Origin: an uncultured Gammaproteobacteria bacterium
Lineage (GTDB): Bacteria > Pseudomonadota > Gammaproteobacteria > JABCZS01
Length of the DNA stretch: 64,000 nucleotides
Assembly (NCBI GenBank): GCA_963798975.1
Contig: CAWCVU010000006.1
Location: 34,682-98,681 of the forward strand
Direction of reading: 5' to 3'
Shown: positions 59,823 through 64,000 of the stretch, in pieces
Numbering within the stretch: the first letter of the stretch is position 1
Layout of the letters: each line of letters starts with the position of its first letter
Made by a program: the position numbers and the translations under genes
Notes under the pieces: generated by a model
Databases searched by the model: none
What the model was told of the DNA's origin: nothing
What the model saw: the letters and a program-made list of their open reading frames with translations, nothing else

Positions 59823-59854
59823 AAAAAAGGGGATCTAAAAAATAAATCCCCTTT
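59823..59854 (-). terminator. rho-independent terminator after family member B
   Basis: On the minus strand, aaagggga ... tccccttt forms a stem followed by T6. Confidence 0.55.
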
Positions 59855-59875
59855 GACACACTACCTAAGCAAGTT

Positions 59876-61125
59876 TTAATACCGTGGTTTAACGATATTA
59901 TTACCATTTAGACTGACATCATTATCAATTGCTAGTATTCTACCTACGACTTGTAAAGGTGTACCAATTTCTTCATCAACTTCAAAATAACCGTTGATTA
60001 ATAAACTACCTGGTATTTGACCATTTACTGCGCCTTCGACATTACCATTAGAAATCCAGATGATATTGTCTTCAGTCGCTTTTTCACCTTTGGCATGGCT
60101 GTTATCTATCACATAATCTGCATTACCTTCTATCCATAAGGCATAGCTATCAGGGATATTCATAATTATCCAGAAAGGTGCAGGACTATCTTTAGCATTG
60201 GTATTAGTAAAGGTTACTGTACCATCGATTACCATGGGAGGAACATTACCCGCGTCGTCGTTTAAACAAAAAGTGGTTGTTTTCGCATAGTCAATGTATT
60301 GGTGATTGAAGCTGAATCATCCAATGTATTGGGTAAACCATTAGTTGTTTGACAAGTTGTGGTGATATTCAACATATTATCAAAAGCAGCAGTTAAATCT
60401 TCAAATGCTACCATGGTGACAGTACCATATCGAAATGGACGGCTTTCATCACTATAACTGATGTCATCTGTTAAATGGCCTTTCTTTTTAGTGATACCGA
60501 CATCTTGAGATACTTGAATTACACCTGATTGTGCTGTAGCAAGTTTGTGTTGATCATTATGGATATTATTCCCAATTATAGAGAAATCATCTCCAGATCC
60601 CAGATAAGTAAAGTCAAACTCGATATCTTTTCTAACTTCACGTAATGGACCGTCATAAGTAACGAGCAATTCTCTTGAAATATGACCGATAGGTGGATAA
60701 CCGTTTACATCAAGACATGCTTGGGTATCTTCAGGGTTCACTTCAATAAGAAGCTCACATGACTCGCCAGGCTTTAGTTTAAAAGGTACACGTCCTGGTA
60801 CTTCATGACCGCAGGCGTACTTATTGTCCATTCCTGGAGCAGGAAGACTTACTATGTCATAGCTTGAAAAATCATCATCATGATTCGGGTTAATATCTAA
60901 TTTTGTAACTTCAAAATTATCATCACCAATGTTTTTAAGCCAAAAAGACACAAAACGTGGTTCCGCATTACATACAACATCTCTGAACTCACGGTGATGA
61001 TCGCCTATGATGATAATTCTATCATCGTTAGCTTGATTACCTACTTCATTGGCGTAAGCTACATTCATCAAACAAGATGAGACACAACCTAGCAACGCTA
61101 ATTTATAACTTAATACTTTACTCAT
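59876..61125 (-). CDS. secreted two-module protein, family member B; one frameshift as assembled
   Basis: ORF 60262..61128 holds the signal peptide MSKVLSYKLALLGCVSSCLMNVAYA, the N-module and YLGSGDDFSIIG. The frame of ORF 59876..60235 stays open upstream (IDYAKTTTFCLNDDAGNVPPMVIDGTVTF) and carries NIIWISNG...VVGRILAIDNDVSLNGNNI. The frame switch is near 60290-60300. Confidence 0.65.
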
Positions 61126-61174
61126 CATTCATTTCCTTTCTAAAGTTAATTTATTTTAAATTACAAATGGTCAC

Positions 61175-62584
61175 TTATTTTTTAAGACAATCGGTATCTG
61201 CAAAAACAGTCCCGTTACTTAAAGTGATTTCTCCGCCACGTACATCCTGGTTGTCGTCGCTTTCCCATTCTTCTCTGTCCAAAGTATATATGCCGCCCGC
61301 TATTGCAGGAATACATTCAACTTCACTATCATTTTGGTCACGACCGCAATCTGGAGCATCCATTTCAAAGCCACCATTAGTTATCAGATCACCCGCAAAG
61401 TTGTAGGTGCCATCAGCAGGAGTTCTATTAATGGATTGAACTTCAGTTTGGCCAGTTACTACCCAGGTCACATCACTAAAATCTGTACCTTCAGCAAATT
61501 GGAAATAACCTGAGTCAACAATAGTTAAAGCCATGTCATCTGCATCGCCAGTTCCATCAACGATCAATACAATTTGTGAGCCTTTAGCATCAAAAGTAAC
61601 GGGTCCAGCTACTGTAACAGGCGTATCTCCAATAAAGCATTGAACACCGCCTCGAATGATAACAGGTTCTGGATCATGCAAATCACCATTGAGATTTGAT
61701 GGCAAGAAGTTACAACTTTGTGCTGACACTTCAGGATCCCCTAGTTTCTTTAAGGTATGATAAACTTTTAGTAGATCATTACCTGCAGCTTCAGCAACAG
61801 CATCATCATCTCTATAGATGTTTTCTAAAGTCTTGATATTATCCGATATATAAGTGTTTTCATCTAACAAAGCAATGTCTTGAGGAACAAGAACTTCATC
61901 ACTGGGTGTTGGAGGCATTGGAGGTACGGGAGGCCATGGCCATGGATGATTTTGTGCAAGGCTAAAATCAGGATCGCATTGCGCTTCATCACCATTGGTA
62001 CATAATCTTGTTCCCACTAAAGAAAATGAATCTAAAGAACCAATAAGTGTCATTTCGATATCATCTAATTCAAAAACCGCCGCACGTTGGTAAGTTTCAA
62101 GTAGAACGACTAAGTCGCGTTTGATTTCGCCTGTAGTTGGCAAAGTATCATTATCGCCACAATCAACTGATTCAGGGTTAACTAATACATTGATATTACA
62201 GTGACCACCATTTGCAGGAAGATCAAAATGAAAACGTGGGTTAGGGAATGCATCATTATCATGATGGCTGCCATATCCACAATCATTGGTTGTCTGAGGT
62301 GGTAACACTTTGATTAATCCACCAAAACGACGAAAATCATCACCTCGATCTGTCTTGATGAATATCCCGCTTACTGGCGCGCGATCATCATCTTCGTTGG
62401 TCAAGGTGAAAGTATAAATAACAGGTTTTGTTTCACAAGCTATATCTCTTAATTCAGGCTCATATGGTCCTGGACCCGTTAATGCTAAAGTCACCAGATC
62501 TTCACTGTTTGCATAAGCGGCGCTCATTAAACATGATGAGACACAGCCAAGCAAAACTAATTTGTAACGCAATGCATTGGTCAT
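61175..62584 (-). CDS. secreted two-module protein, family member C (with Pro/Trp-rich linker)
   Basis: 469 aa with signal peptide MTNALRYKLVLLGCVSSCLMSAAYA, nearly identical to that of member B. LIGSLDSFSLVG, HPWPWPPVPPMPPTPS linker, GGVQCF, DVTWVVTGQTEV. Confidence 0.65.
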   Translation of the reverse strand: MTNALRYKLVLLGCVSSCLMSAAYANSEDLVTLALTGPGPYEPELRDIACETKPVIYTFTLTNEDDDRAPVSGIFIKTDRGDDFRRFGGLIKVLPPQTTNDCGYGSHHDNDAFPNPRFHFDLPANGGHCNINVLVNPESVDCGDNDTLPTTGEIKRDLVVLLETYQRAAVFELDDIEMTLIGSLDSFSLVGTRLCTNGDEAQCDPDFSLAQNHPWPWPPVPPMPPTPSDEVLVPQDIALLDENTYISDNIKTLENIYRDDDAVAEAAGNDLLKVYHTLKKLGDPEVSAQSCNFLPSNLNGDLHDPEPVIIRGGVQCFIGDTPVTVAGPVTFDAKGSQIVLIVDGTGDADDMALTIVDSGYFQFAEGTDFSDVTWVVTGQTEVQSINRTPADGTYNFAGDLITNGGFEMDAPDCGRDQNDSEVECIPAIAGGIYTLDREEWESDDNQDVRGGEITLSNGTVFADTDCLKK

Positions 62585-62840
62585 AATTTCTTCCTCTTTT
62601 GATTTCAGAATTAAATTTAGAGCTATTCAAGATACACATTTAGCTTATTGTCTTGTAATAAACTTCTGTGCCGACATCTTTTTCCTTAAAAATATTTTAA
62701 GATATTAACTATTAAATTATTATAGGGCTATGTTTTAAGATTGCAAATTTTTTATTTAATATATCGCTAATGTCAACTAGTTAAATAAAGGGAGTCCTAA
62801 TGAAGCCCCCCTTTATATAAGCTTTTAAACTAACAACTAA

Positions 62841-64000
62841 TCAATCGTCATTACTGTCAGAATCGATGGTAAATCCTGAAATATCAATCGTTGTTTCAGG
62901 ACAATCATTTGTCAAACAAGCTTCTGATAAATCAACATCGCCCGTTAAACCATACAGACCACCCATAATGTAAGGCGCTATTTCATTAGGATTAGCAGGT
63001 GGTGGTATAGCAATAGATCCATATTCAATGTCGCCTGCAGTAATTACGTTTCCAGCAAACCGTGAATTAGCCTCGAAATACGTTGATGCATCCTCTGGAA
63101 TAATCCAGAAAATATTTCGATTATTTACCGTAGTTCCTACGGCATCACTGGTTAGCGAGAATTTAGAACCATTATTTATATAAAATTCAGTATCTGTTAA
63201 AATATCACCATCAGAAATTTCATACACTTCATTATCTTGGAAAACGAATACAAAGAGATCATCATCATCCCCTTTGAAAGCAACGTCGTCAGGAATAGCA
63301 TATTCTATTGAGCAATCTGCTTGAAGATCATTATTGGTTAGCTGACAGATTACTTCTCCAGTTACACAATAAAAACCTGGGTACACTTCTAGATAAGAGG
63401 GGCCGCTGCCTGAAAAATCTAATATATAATCTGCATTATCACAATCAACTATACCGGCAGCTACGTCATCTGCATCTTCATCAACTGCAGTTCTAAAAAC
63501 TTGCCAGGTTTGGGCAGCATCTTTGAATGCAGCAGCGCGAGATTCATGAAATTCTACAACGCCACAAGTGTTATATTCACAATTAAAAAAGATATCATCT
63601 TCATCAGTGATACTATCAGCAGCAGATACATTACCTTCTACTGTAGTCATGGCATCCATCGTCCGGGGTTCATCATCATCTGTACCGACGATAATTTCAT
63701 CCGCAATCATGGAGTAATCGATTAAAGAACCCAAGGGGCTTACATCAACATCAACATCAGCTGTTGCGATTCTTGGAAAAAGACCCTGCTTAGCTTCATC
63801 TTCAATCTTGGTATAAACAGCAATTATTTCACGTTCAATTTCACCAATTGCAATCGGATGATCTTCATCAGCGCAAGCTAATTTTGTTGGATCAAATGTA
63901 ATTGTGCCTTCGCATTTTCCAAGACGACCTAAAATAAAACCGCAGCTACCGCGATCAACAGTGACTGCATGATGATTTACTGGAAAGCTATCATCTTCAT
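62841..64000 (-). CDS. secreted two-module protein, family member D (5' end beyond window)
   Basis: Track ORF 62841..63734 is extended by my translation. The same frame stays open to 64000 (EDDSFPVNHHAVTVDRGSCGFILGRLGKCEGTITFDPTKLACADEDHPIAIGEIEREIIAVY...PLGSLIDYSMIA). The C-module has NRNIFWIIPEDAS...RFAGNVITAG. Confidence 0.65.
   Translation of the reverse strand, partial: EDDSFPVNHHAVTVDRGSCGFILGRLGKCEGTITFDPTKLACADEDHPIAIGEIEREIIAVYTKIEDEAKQGLFPRIATADVDVDVSPLGSLIDYSMIADEIIVGTDDDEPRTMDAMTTVEGNVSAADSITDEDDIFFNCEYNTCGVVEFHESRAAAFKDAAQTWQVFRTAVDEDADDVAAGIVDCDNADYILDFSGSGPSYLEVYPGFYCVTGEVICQLTNNDLQADCSIEYAIPDDVAFKGDDDDLFVFVFQDNEVYEISDGDILTDTEFYINNGSKFSLTSDAVGTTVNNRNIFWIIPEDASTYFEANSRFAGNVITAGDIEYGSIAIPPPANPNEIAPYIMGGLYGLTGDVDLSEACLTNDCPETTIDISGFTIDSDSNDD

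Overview
This 64-kb window comes from an AT-rich gammaproteobacterial chromosome. All calls rest on reading the translated ORFs and the DNA by eye; no database search or computation was run. The core gene content and order are hisGDCB, aceE-aceF-lpdA, ampDE, rpsP-rimM-trmD-rplS, sspAB-petABC-rpsI-rplM, tonB-exbBD plus a TonB-dependent receptor, rlmD-relA-adk, dnaQ-addB-addA (AddAB rather than RecBCD), rnhA and mltD. This set resembles a Legionellales/Coxiellaceae-like intracellular bacterium, which is inference only.

Three themes stand out.

1. Many conserved genes are full length but broken by frameshifts. The pyruvate dehydrogenase operon is shattered, while several 2-3.6 kb ORFs nearby are intact. 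Single indels, some in homopolymer runs, also hit rplS, trmD, dsbC, malic enzyme, petB, two porin paralogs and a CPA2 antiporter. This could be real genome erosion, assembly error, or both.

2. Several lineage-specific ORFan genes sit between core operons:
- a 1217-aa protein whose C-terminus looks like two tandem DUF86-type HEPN (Rx4H) domains
- a 450-aa HExxH protein
- a 190-aa protein with a PAM2-like eukaryotic linear motif
- a tandem pair of small secreted paralogs

3. The last 6.3 kb holds an array of at least four paralogous secreted proteins. Each has a signal peptide, a Cys-bracketed Ig-like module and a DUF3494/ice-binding-like beta-solenoid module. An acidic beta-barrel OMP gene is embedded in the array. 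This is the best candidate for an undescribed surface or secreted system.

A 127-bp MITE-like hairpin element with terminal inverted repeats occurs three times. I recognised no rRNA, tRNA, CRISPR array or transposase.
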